Below are positions 1-13,437 of a stretch of DNA of 64,000 nucleotides, piece after piece. Numbering within the stretch: position 1 is the first letter of the stretch; each line of letters starts with the position of its first letter. The stretch covers positions 56,296,001 to 56,360,000 of the forward strand of contig OZ024746.1 in the NCBI GenBank assembly GCA_964016885.1, written 5' to 3'. The notes below the pieces were generated by a model that had not been told where the DNA came from, ran no database searches, and saw only the letters and a list, made by a program, of their open reading frames with translations. Origin of the DNA: Eledone cirrhosa. Its lineage: Eukaryota. The translations under genes were made by a program, and so were the position numbers.

Positions 1-790
1 TAAAATCAGTCGGCCGGAATTTGCGGACAACATGGTGCTACTTAACACAATATAAGATGATATTCAATATGCACTTGATAGATTTGAGGCCGAGTGCGGC
101 ATGGGTTGAATAAAAAAAAGTGCTGCGAAAAGTGATGCATTCGTCCTTTCAAGAAATCTTGCGCAGTGTACTCTACATGTGAATCAAGTTCCACTGTAGC
201 AGGTAGAGAATTTCAGGTATCTCGGGGCCGTGTTCCGGAGAATTTAGGTATCTTGGGGCCGTGTTCCAAAGAAATGCAAAAGCTATTGCAATAATGTGCA
301 AGTTTCAACATTCAATAATAAAAAGAAGGGAGGAAGATGTAAACGCTTAACTCGTTATTCTTTAATTCGCTATTCGTGCCAACCCTTACCTATGGTCATG
401 TATCTTGGGTAATGACCGAAAGAATACGATCGCAATTGGGATTCCTCTGGAGGGTCTTAGGAATAGCGTTACGCGATAAAGTGGGTAACACGAAGATCTG
501 GTTGATACTCCTAGCAGAGCCGCTACTTCTCTGAATTGATAGATCTCAGCACTGCTACTATCAGTATGTGCTAGAATGTCTCAGAAAAGAATTGTTGGTC
601 AGATTTTACGGGCCAAACGACAGGCAAGAGTCCAAGGGTTACACCCCGAGCCAGATGGTTGGATAAGATCGAAAAGCTTCGCTAGTCACGCTTGTGGATC
701 CATTCGGATTAGCTGGAGACGGTTGCGTCTGAGAGGACCCTATAATAGGAGTGTCTGAGGACTCTTTCACTACGACCCTCCAAGGAATAA
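1..790 (+). mobile_element. Decayed RTE-type non-LTR retrotransposon, 3' part of RT
   Basis: Interrupted frames give EFADNMVLL (FADD-like), QVENFRYLG, PTLTYGH-SW and a C-terminal R-rich segment typical of RTE-clade LINEs. Many stops and frameshifts. Confidence 0.7.
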
Positions 791-1135
791 GTAAGCGATG
801 AATAAGAAGAGCATGTATGGAATATGCATTCAGGGCGCAGAATTTTCACTATAAATATGAAACACCCTAATGTGCAAATATATATATATATGTATATATA
901 TATATATGCATATGTGTGTGTCTGTGTGGGTAAGTGTGTATGAGTGTATGTATATATGTGTGTGCTTGTGTGGATAATTGTGTGTATGTGTTTTGTGTAT
1001 GAATGTTTCCAATATTCTATGATATAAAATACGCAACTTTGGAAAAAGGTAAAAACTGCGATATTTAAAAATGGAAAATAGGAGTCTTTTGCATATAATG
1101 ATCAAAGTTTGTCTGAAGCGAGGAATTTTAAGTAA

Positions 1136-2276
<1,141 letters not shown>

Positions 2277-2641
2277 CATATATAAAAATATAAATCATAA
2301 TTTATTCTTCACACGGTTTTCTTATATCATTAATTCACAAGATGAAATTCACTTTCATTATATTTATGGCGGAAATTCTCCTCAATATCATAGGAGAAAA
2401 AATGTCAACTATAAAATCCAGTTTAATCTGTTTATTGAGGAGCCATTTCAAATAGGAAATATATCATGAAGGCCACCAGCACATTCCGATCTATTTTAGA
2501 AATGCTCCCATCAATTCTGTCGTATCATTGTAACGAAGATTCTAGCTAATACAAACACATATTCTAGAAAAAGTAAATACACCGACAGATAATATATATA
2601 CCCACACACACACTTACACTTACACCCACACACACACATCC

Positions 2642-2685
<44 letters not shown>

Positions 2686-2692
2686 ATGTGTG

Positions 2693-2728
<36 letters not shown>

Positions 2729-2817
2729 CGCGTGTGTGTGTGTGAGTACACAGAAGCACCCCATTATATATATATATATATATATATATATGGGGTGTTT
2801 CTGTCTACATACCCACG

Positions 2818-2864
<47 letters not shown>

Positions 2865-3384
2865 ACAAAAACACCCCATATATATATATTAATATATATA
2901 TATATATGTTGTCTGTGCGTGCGTGTTCGTAAGTGTGTATGTGTGAATGTGCAAGTCTGAGTGTGTGTGCACGCGTGTATGTGTACGTTCCTGTAACATG
3001 GTTAACATCTGCATTGTGGTACAAAGTTGTTATTGGGAGAATTATGTTCGTTCTTTAGAAATAATAGCATTCAACAAGGAAAGAGTGTTACTTACTGGAA
3101 TATTTCAAAATCCCGTAATGCTTAAAAATACTAGCTCATCCACAACTTCAGAAATGCTGAAATATGAAGTAAATATGTAATATTTACTGTTTGCCTTGTT
3201 TAGGAACATATACGACACAATGATAAAGATATCCTAACATTTCAAATTCACACGCTGTTCATAAAAGCACACTTCACAACTTATATATGACAAATATACG
3301 CAGTGCGCTAACAACTACTAGCCGTAAAAGGTAAGGATCCCTAAATAAACGCAGAGTTTAACAATATACCACATAGGAACTCGC

Positions 3385-4345
3385 CAAAATGTTCGGCGAC
3401 ATTTTGGTGAAGGTTTACAGCAACTGGCAACAGAAGGGGTGAATTACCAGATCTGTAAGCCGAGGAGCGGTTGTGCTGCTGAGAAAGGACCCGAACAAGA
3501 AGGACAACATAGATAAGTTCAGACCTATAATTCTGCTAAACGCAGAGTTCAAGCTTTTTAGCCAAGATGCTGGCAAAGGGTTGACGTTTGTTGTCGGTGC
3601 TCTGTCGTCGGTGTCCCAGACAGATCCATTCACGACAACCTCCACCTCATGTGATATACCGTGAAGAAAATAGCTAATGAACCTAGCACGGAAGTAGCCT
3701 TGATAAATTTAGATCAGTCGAAAGCTTTCGATAGGGTCGATCATCGCTATCTGGTGGTGGTCGTTGGGTCGGCCAGCATTTGGCCTGTCTTCAAAGGCTG
3801 GATCGCTTCCATGCACAGCACATCTGCTCTGTGGTGAGAGTGAACGTTTACCATTCGGAACCGTTCAACATAATGCGCACGGTCCGGCAAGGATGTCCTC
3901 TCTCGCCCTGTTGTACGTATTGACTCTCGAACTATAACTACACAAGCTGGAGACGTCCAGGACCGTCCCGCCCGAACTTAGATGCAGGAGAACCGTGTCA
4001 TCATATGCCGTCGACTTCACCGTAGTGGTGTCAAGTGCCAAACGCATTGAGGCGATCGGCACTACACTAAAAGAATATCAGGTGGTGACAAGAGCAATGA
4101 TTAACCATGAAAGGTCGGTGGACCTGCGGCTCGGCACCTTAAGAGGCAGGTCCATGCCGTGCAACAGCATCGTCGTGCGCTGGACGGACGGACCGGTTAT
4201 ATTGCTAGGGATCTGGTTCAGTCCGGACCTCCAGATGGACAAAAACTGGGAAGAGGTGACGAGCAGGATGGCCTCTCGCACCCTGATGTGGGCCGAGAGG
4301 GAGCTATCCTCGAAAGGTTGAGCGGAGGTGACAATAGCGTACATA
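3385..4345 (+). mobile_element. L1/Tx1-clade LINE RT fragment (pseudogene)
   Basis: FRPIILLNAEFK, LDQSKAFDRVDH, VRQGCPLSP, SSYAVD (YADD-like) and LLGIWF motifs; homologous to 47500-48460. Confidence 0.85.
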
Positions 4346-4398
4346 TATATAGAGAGAGGTGGTTAAATATGTCTGTGTGTATCTGCGTAAAAGATTGC

Positions 4399-4447
<49 letters not shown>

Positions 4448-4450
<3 letters not shown>

Positions 4451-4560
4451 CAAAGAATTTGTGGTAAGGAACCAGATGGACCATAACGCACCAGAGTACT
4501 CTGAATTTAGTCCAGAAATAGCCGTCGAAAATAGCTCTGCCGTAGGGGTCATTTCTTTTT

Positions 4561-4562
<2 letters not shown>
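4448..4562. repeat. Short TA-flanked repeat, related to 30645-30703 and 32484-32712
   Basis: Shares gtggtaaggaaccagatgg...gcaccagagtactc with the 32.5 kb copy and ccagaaata-ccgtcgaaa...ggggt with both other copies. Confidence 0.75.
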
Positions 4563-4597
<35 letters not shown>

Positions 4598-4720
4598 GGA
4601 TATATGAGAGGGATGAACACATATATAAGTATACATGTGTTCTAATTGCACGGCTCGGAAAGATTCGTTTCCTTGAACTACTTAATTGTAAAAGACTATT
4701 TGAGTTTATAACTCAATCTA

Positions 4721-4766
<46 letters not shown>

Positions 4767-4902
4767 CCAAATGTTAAACAAGGTTCATTGATTAATGGTT
4801 ATAGTTTTACAATAGATTAGAAGCACTCAACAGTTCGTTTTCTGGAGTTATTAATATTCATTCAAAATATTAATAAATCTAGACATTCACGTAATCAAAA
4901 TA

Positions 4903-4968
4903 TATTTTATTATATATATTTCGGAGGTACTGTGCTGTTTTTTCAGTACGTCCTCATCAGATAAAATA
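4903..4968 (-). ncRNA. Type I hammerhead ribozyme (family B relative)
   Basis: Minus strand: tattttat CTGATGA gga-c-gtactg...cagtac-c-tcc GAAA tatata TA ataaaata. 8-bp stem I, intact core, palindromic stem III. Confidence 0.85.
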
Positions 4969-4996
4969 CATAAATTGATGTATGACATACCTCAAC

Positions 4997-6710
4997 TGTT
5001 GCCAATCTTTTTATGGTATGGTGGGAAAGGAGACTGAAAGATCTCCTTGATGAGAGCGCCATACGCCTCATCATGTACTCTTGTTACGTAGACGACATCA
5101 ATATAGTAATAAGGACATCCCCACAAGAGAGCACTAACAAGTTTGATTTAGAACGTAGCACAATGAAAAGCATCCAGCAGATAGCTAATTCCATACACCA
5201 GAGTATGACTGTAACTATCGACTACCCTTCCAAACACCCTAACAATAGACTACCTGTATTATACACAGAACTCTGGATTAACACTATAGACGAGATAGCC
5301 CAAATTCTCCACTCAGACTATGCTAAACCTATGGCCTCCAAATACCTGATACTCAAAAGCTCAGCAATGTCTAGTAGTACTAAGTTTAATATTCTGATCG
5401 CGGACTTGGTACGAGTGATGAAGAACGTATCCCGCATGTGCGACCCAATAGAAATGGAAAGACACATCCAACACTTCATCAACCACATGCAGTTCTCTGG
5501 CTACAACCAAAGAGACAGAATCAGAGTATACGAAGGAGCCACGGAGAAGTATAAGACCTCATAGAACTGGACATTAAAGGAATTTGCCCATTATACAGGA
5601 GCAAATCATGGAATAGCTTAGATTGGACCAGACATAAGATAGGGAAAGCCACCTCATGGTACGACAACCAGAGATACCAGAGAGGGAAATTAGCTAACCA
5701 GTGTTGAAAGGCTCTGAGAAAGACCCACTTAAAGATTAAGGTGGTAGAAAAGCCAGGAACGACCATAAATTCCCTGATCAGCGAAACCTACCCTTTTAAG
5801 AAAACCAACTGTACTAATAGGAAATGTATCATATGTAAAGTAAAACCCCGGATAAACTGTAAAACTAGAAACGTAGTCTATAGCATAAGATGTACAGAGG
5901 GTACTTGCAGAAACACGACAACAACATACATAGGCGAGACAGCTCGTAGCATAGGTGAAAGGATAGACCAACACTCTGGGGTGGAACTAAAAGGACGAAA
6001 AAACGGTTCAGTACTATACGTACATGTCAGACAACAACATGACGGTAACATAGACAACATATAAATTAGAATAATATCTAAACATAGAAATGACCCAGCA
6101 GATAGGCAAATCAGAGAGGCCAGCGAAATAGAACTTAGAAGGCCAAGGCTAAGCAGAAAAAAATGAATGGAATAACAACAACACCCAAACAAACAACACT
6201 GACCTAAGAGAAGTATAAATTAATAAATAAATAGATCAATAAATAAATACATACACAAGCACAATAACAACAAACACATATAAGCACACACTAGTAAACT
6301 AAGATAGAATACAATAACAAATACACAGTCATCCAAACACGAACACATATCAAACAAAACAATATACACACACGCAAACGCATGCGCAGAGAAGACAAAA
6401 AAAAAAAAATAAATAAATAAATAAATAAAGACGGCGTAGGCATACAATGCAACGGGAGGAAACATAATAGCACCACTGACGATATTGCAGATGTGTAACG
6501 AAAGAACTTTGTTAGACTATATATATGTGTTTGTGTCTATATTGTACCTGTATTTTTGACCGTTGGTCAGTCAATGGTAACATTGAGGACCGAATAAATT
6601 AAATCAACCGATATAAAGGACACAGAAGCGAAAACCAACCAAACAGTGAGTGTGTTCTGTTATTAATTCTGGCAATATTATTACACAAATATGACTCTCC
6701 CCAAGTCTAA
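4997..6710 (+). mobile_element. Penelope-like element, 5'-truncated (RT C-terminus, GIY-YIG endonuclease, 3' UTR)
   Basis: CYVDD RT motif, Cys-rich linker CTNRKCIIC and NVVYSIRC...YIGETARSIGERIDQH GIY-YIG. Closely homologous to 61899-63610; has stops and a deletion. Confidence 0.92.
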
Positions 6711-6791
<81 letters not shown>

Positions 6792-6923
6792 TATGAGTGA
6801 ATGTATGTATGCATGTATGTATGTATGCATGTAAGCATGTATGTATATATGCATGTATGCATGCATGTATGTTTGCAGGTATGTATGTACGCATGTGTGT
6901 ATGTGTACATGTATGTATGTATG

Positions 6924-7243
6924 TCATTGACTCTTAAGAGCTCCTTTGCCCTTTGACAGGTTTCCTTTTTAGTCCTGCAGGATCTCCAAGGTCACCCTCC
7001 TCACCAAGATACTTTGGTGGGGTTGCCAGTTTAGTCGCCAACGACCCGACCATAAAACAGGCTGTACTGTGATACCATGGGCCCAGCACTATGTGTCAAT
7101 AATTGTCACAATTGTAGTGTTTGTACCAGAGTTTTCAAGTCGCTGGCTGGACTAAAAATCACACTCGTTCAGCACATCGGTAGGGGTTCTCCTACAAGGA
7201 TATAAAGTAGTGGCCGTACTCGAAAACGAGTTGGCAGCCACCA
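6924..7243 (+). mobile_element. Short internally deleted RTE-like retroposon
   Basis: 3' part encodes a C2H2-like remnant (HNCSVCTRVFKSLAGLK) and is followed by an (ATGT)n tail. No RT present. Confidence 0.5.
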
Positions 7244-7795
7244 TGTATGTATTTATGCATGTATGTAAGTATGTAAGACATATAACCTGCGGCTCAGTAG
7301 CTACCGATGATGTTGATATTTTCTTCTTTTCGGTTTATAGCTACTGTCGCTCAGAGCACACTATTTCCTCAGTTTGAAAAACAATCTTCACGCACAGGCA
7401 TTGAACGATAGCTTAATTAATAATTATTGATAATGGTATATCGTGCTATGACCATACTCGATAACGTGTGTATTTATGCATTATGTGTGCATATATGTAT
7501 GTACGCATATATGTGTGTATGTATGCATATCTATGTGTAAATGTATGCACGTATGTATGTATATATGCAGGCATGTATGTATATAGGCAAAAGTATATGA
7601 CAGCTATTCCCAGTGAATGTTTTGGTTGCCAACTCTATGCAAATCATTTTAGATCAGTGGCTGGGCTAAAAAGTACATTCGATCGCGGCACTGTTAATTG
7701 TTATCCTATGTGTCTGTGTGAGTGTGTGAGTATATGTATATATATATATGTATATGTACGTGAGTGTGTGTGTTTCATTTTTATTATTGTAGCAC

Positions 7796-7985
7796 GGTGG
7801 ATTGGCAGTATCGGTAGAGAGTCGGACACCATGCTTTGAAGCATAGATTTACGTCCCTTTATGATCTGAGTTCAAATCCCGCCGAGGTTAACTTTGCCTT
7901 TCATCCTTACGGGGTCGATAAAATAAAGTACCAGTAATGTACTGGGTTATTGCTGGCCTTTTGTCTAAAAATAGAAAAAAATATT
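7796..7985 (+). mobile_element. tRNA-derived SINE
   Basis: B box gagttcaaatccc, conserved core gcctttcatccttacggggtcgataaaataaagtaccag and (ATT)n tail; eight copies in the window. Confidence 0.9.
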
Positions 7986-8344
7986 ATTATTGTTGTTGTT
8001 ATTATTATTGTCGTTATGTTTTGGGTTCTTTTTTTCGTGCAATGGCTATACCTGATTACAAGAGGGTAGCCATCATGTATGTCTGTATTTGTTATATATT
8101 TAAAATATTTAAATGACAGTTTAATAGAGAATTATTTGTAACATCTAGTTATTGTTTTGAACAATACGGTTTATTTGTATTTCTCCCTACGTAATATTTA
8201 TTTGAAGCTCCCTCATACAACGTTTATCATATATACATATTTCGTCCAGGTTTCAGTATTTTGTTTCAGTCATTACCGTTATTTTTATCCTTGCTTATTC
8301 CATTGTTGCTTTTCGTTGAATGTCTACGTTTTTATTTATTCACT

Positions 8345-8346
8345 AA

Positions 8347-8406
<60 letters not shown>

Positions 8407-8430
8407 CAGCAGCAGCGGTAGTAGTAATAG
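8345..8430. repeat. (GTA)n microsatellite
   Basis: Direct sequence. Confidence 0.95.
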
Positions 8431-9001
8431 TTGCAGTCGTATTTGTTATTGATGTTGTTGTTGTGGTGGTTTTTCTCCGTTCGTCTTTGGTGTACAGTAT
8501 ATTTTCTGTATTCATCTGTATTCTAAATATCTAAATATATCTGTATTGAAAATGCTTCGAGATAAACATCTGCTTTGCTAGAGGTATGGAGTAGAAATAG
8601 AAAGAAACAGTGCTGTGAGATTAAGAAAAGGATTTAATGTTGAAGAATTCGAACATCTGCATGTAATATTCCAACAGTTTTACAATTGTCTCACTCTCTT
8701 CACTCACTCACTGCCTTTCACTCTCATGTAACCCACTCTAATTCTCTCTTACTTTTCAGTTATTTCTTTTCTATTTTTGATTCTTCTATTTCTGTTTTGT
8801 ATTTGACTTAATTTTTTTTAGATATTTGTTCATTCGAAATCTCGATATTGATTCACAATGTCCAGCTGGTGAGGAACAATGATTAAACTTGAGATTTAGA
8901 TATTCACAGAAATATGTATTATTTTTTTCTCCATAGATATATTTTATTTCCTGTTTAATATGAATGATTTTTTCTTTTTCTGTTACAAGTTGTATATATC
9001 A

Positions 9002-9078
<77 letters not shown>

Positions 9079-9407
9079 TATATGTGAGTGTGTGTATATG
9101 TGTGTGTTTGTCTAAATGTGCAGTATGATTTAGAGGTACAGTGAAAAGGAAAGGCAGAAATACAGACTCTAAGGAGAGCGTGAGCTATGTCATATTCACT
9201 TATGTATAGAAGTGATTATGTGTGCTCTCATTTAAAACATACATATTATTAAATATATCTGGTAAAGTATGACTATATGTATTTCACACTCCTGTGCTGA
9301 AACACACATATACACAACTTACTCTTGCACACACACAGTCACGTAGATTCACAGTCATACACTCACACACACATGGATATATGTGTGTGCACACACACAC
9401 ACACTCT

Positions 9408-9461
<54 letters not shown>

Positions 9462-9466
<5 letters not shown>

Positions 9467-9640
9467 GTTTCTATGTTTGGCACAAGGCCAGCAATTACTC
9501 AATACATTACTGGTACTTTATTTTATCGACCCAGAAAGAATGGAAGGCAAAGTTATCCTCGACGTGATTTGAACTCAGTCCGTAAAGGGACGTAACTATG
9601 CTGGAAAGCATAGCGTCCGACTATCTACCTATACTGCCAA
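9462..9640 (-). mobile_element. tRNA-derived SINE
   Basis: Reverse-complement homolog of 7796-7985. Confidence 0.85.
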
Positions 9641-9801
9641 ATGAATGCAAGAAAGGAGAGGAAGTCACAAATCAATTTGGCAATGTCTCTCTCTCTCTAT
9701 ATATATATACATATGTATGTATATACATATGTATATATATACATATACATATCCCTCTCGCTCTCTCATTCTCTCTCTAGCTCTTTCTCTCTCTCTCTCT
9801 A

Positions 9802-9847
<46 letters not shown>

Positions 9848-9885
9848 GAGAGAGAGAGAGAATGAGAGAGCAACAGAGACATGCA

Positions 9886-9943
<58 letters not shown>

Positions 9944-10751
9944 CATATGATGAATCCAAGAGGAGGAGAGGAAGTCACAAATCAATTCGGCAGTGTCTCT
10001 ATGAAATATGAGGCGCTCACTTTAATAGTCTCTGACGAATTGTATACCCTTACAGTGCGCCGTGAAGTATATGACAATAATATATTATATATCTTATTAT
10101 GATGCTTCTAGCAAATAACATCTATAACAAGTAACTAGAGAATATTACGTCGGAATTTACCAAATATGTTACTCGGATAACTTAGTCTATACATGCAATA
10201 AATCGATAGTATACAGCGTTTTTTCTCTGTCTATAGTGACACCAATATTTTCTACTATTGGTTAGGACGTCAGATGACATCGGAGGCATTGATTGATATA
10301 AATGCCCGTATGTTATTGACTATAACTAGAAACATTCTCGTCAATACTGAATATTGATCAGATTTATCGAAACGAAAACAAAAAATACAGAGACAGAATA
10401 ACGATGACGACGTCATATCTAATGTCATTTAACATGTTCTTGTTGCTACTGATGCTGTTGTTGTCATCTGTGGTGTTGTTGCTGTTGTTGCTGTTTTCCT
10501 GGTTGTTCATATTGTTATTTCACACTTGATCGAAATCAATGATCAAAGACGTTCTAGCTGTGACCATTCAACCCTATTCATCTTCGCATATATATGCCAA
10601 TTGTGAAAATGACGGAATTTGATAGAGAAATACTATAAATAGTGGTTTTTCAAGGCGTCACAGTCAGATTTTATTCAAGCATAATGCATTTAGAAGTACG
10701 CTATCCAACATGTTTGTGGGATGCTGCCTCAGAGATGTTTGACTAATATGT

Positions 10752-10936
10752 GATTCTACGTTTGGCACAAGGCCAGCAATGATCCCAGTGTATTACTGGT
10801 ACTTTATTTTATCGACCCCGTAAGGATGAAAGGCAAAGTTAACCTCGGCGGAATTTGAACTCATATCATAAAGGCTGTAACTCTTTGCTGCAAAGCATGG
10901 CGTCCGACCCTCTACCGATACGGCCAATTTACCGCC
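10752..10936 (-). mobile_element. tRNA-derived SINE
   Basis: Reverse-complement homolog of 7796-7985. Confidence 0.88.
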
Positions 10937-11639
10937 CTTGACTAATGTTTGACTAATATTGAACAGTAGGTTGATTAACCGTGTATAGTGACATGAACCA
11001 CTCATGGTTGCAAGTCCTTCCTTTGAAAAAAAAAAACACAAACAACAACAATTAAATGTATAACAATGATTTTAAACGTTGATATATGTTTACTCTGTTA
11101 TACATTTGCTAATTTGTCTCATTCAACGGTCGTCATGATAGAGAAAGATATTTATGTATTGTATCATATCGAGTGAAATACTTATTTTTCATGTGAATCA
11201 CTTATTTTGTCGACCACTGTCTCTCGTCTTTTAGTCTACTGTAGAGCGTTTGGCTCATATCAGAAGCTGTGATCTCGGCTGCACTAGCAGGACGGTTGGT
11301 AGGGGTCAAAACTGGAAAATTCCAATTTAAAGGCCGACGACCATGGAGTTCTGTCCTTGGTTCGTGGTTTTATTTTAAAAAATAATTCTTTAGGGTTTCC
11401 CCTTAAACAAATGTTTTTCGTTTTTTTTTTGTTTTTTCTCAATACGTTGTTAATATATTTACTTAAGTTTATATATATGTATATATATAGAGAGAGAGAG
11501 AGTGAGAGAGAGAAAAAAAGGGAGAGGAGGAGAAAGAAAAATAGAAAAACTGACAGACATGCTGACCAAGGGCTTCGATAAATTCCGTCAACCAAATCCC
11601 ATTGGTTAGAGAAGATGTCAATTGTTGGAAGATACTTAC

Positions 11640-11720
11640 ATTTGAAGGGAACTCAAAAGAGATTGGTCCCCAAGCAAACACTTTAATCACAGAGCCATGG
11701 GTATTGTCACATGGAATTAT
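11640..11720 (-). CDS. Candidate host exon (IIPCDNTHGSVIKVFAWGPISFEFPSN)
   Basis: catcttag acceptor, gtaagt donor, 81 nt, open phase 0-0. No homology recognised. Confidence 0.35.
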
Positions 11721-11979
11721 CTAAGATGGACGCCATAATCAAATCAATCATCGATGTTCGTTATATACCAATATATATTTTAGATTTCCTATTGTACCAC
11801 AACTAAAATTCTTGTATTGAAGGAATACATAAATGGAAGTGACTAAACCAACTAATGTGTTTCATGTGGTGCTATAACTTGCTTACATTTACCTTCATCT
11901 CTCACTGACTCACTCTCTATCTCTTTCTCTTTCTCTCTCTCTCTTTCTCTCTCCCTCTCACACACTCTCTCCCTCTCTC

Positions 11980-12030
<51 letters not shown>

Positions 12031-12337
12031 AATGTGAGAAATACCACAGACCCTCCATTTTAATTCTACTTTTGAAAAGCACAAGAACTGCCGAACCGGT
12101 AAGGGAAGGAAATAAATATATTTAAAAAAAGACTCCAGTTGCATTTTCGATTTCATCTGTTTTCCTTATACTTCCACTCGTGTAGGTCACGTCGGTTCTT
12201 TTTTATTTTGTAAAAAAAACCTCACTATCTAATATATATAGTGGTGGAACACTGGAAGGTAATATCGTTAGTTGTAGAGCACTCAGTCCAAGGGACGAGT
12301 TAGGTAGAAGTGGTTACACAACAGTTAGTTCACCATA

Positions 12338-12377
12338 CCGAGAACAATTGTTTCACCTTCGCGGATCTTCAACTCGG
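12338..12377 (-). ncRNA. Minimal hammerhead, C3U variant (family C)
   Basis: ccgag TTGAAGA t cc gcgaa gg t GAAA caattg TT ctcgg. Confidence 0.65.
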
Positions 12378-12767
12378 GATGTGTATGGTTATAGGAACAG
12401 GAAGGACAACCGTACGAACGCGCATGCGCAGAAACTCGGTCAATTCACACATGCAATACTAGACTGCATGCGGGGGTTTAAGGGAGATAACTGCGAAAGT
12501 CCGGAAAGTTTTTGGGTTGAAAATAAAATAAAAAAATTAAAAATAAAATTACAAAGAATCAGTCCGGAGCCTTGTAGATATGCAATAGATGTTTGGTGAC
12601 GTGTGGACAACGTGTGAAAAATTCACCTCTCGTGTTTACGCAATCACTATTGCGTAATCTTTTTACGCCTCCCGCACGCAGTCTAGTATTGCCTGTGTGA
12701 AGTGACCGAGTTTCTGCGCATGCGCTTTCGTACGGTTGTCCTTGCTGTTCCTATAAACGTACACATC

Positions 12768-12807
12768 CCGAGCTGAAGATCCGCGAAGGTGAAACAATTG
12801 TTCTCAG
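12768..12807 (+). ncRNA. Minimal type I hammerhead (family C)
   Basis: ccgag CTGAAGA t cc gcgaa gg t GAAA caattg TT ctcag; palindromic stem III ACAATTGT. Confidence 0.75.
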
Positions 12808-12838
12808 TATGGTCAACTAACTTTTGTGTAACCAATTC

Positions 12839-13437
<599 letters not shown>

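Larger units (their letters stand above)
12300..12838. mobile_element. Head-to-head inverted element carrying two hammerheads (family C)
   Basis: About 12305-12457 is the reverse complement of about 12688-12838; the right end abuts (TA)n. Confidence 0.85.

Noticed and set aside
7796-7985. Functional tRNA genes at the SINE heads
   Set aside because: Only box remnants; no cloverleaf can be formed.
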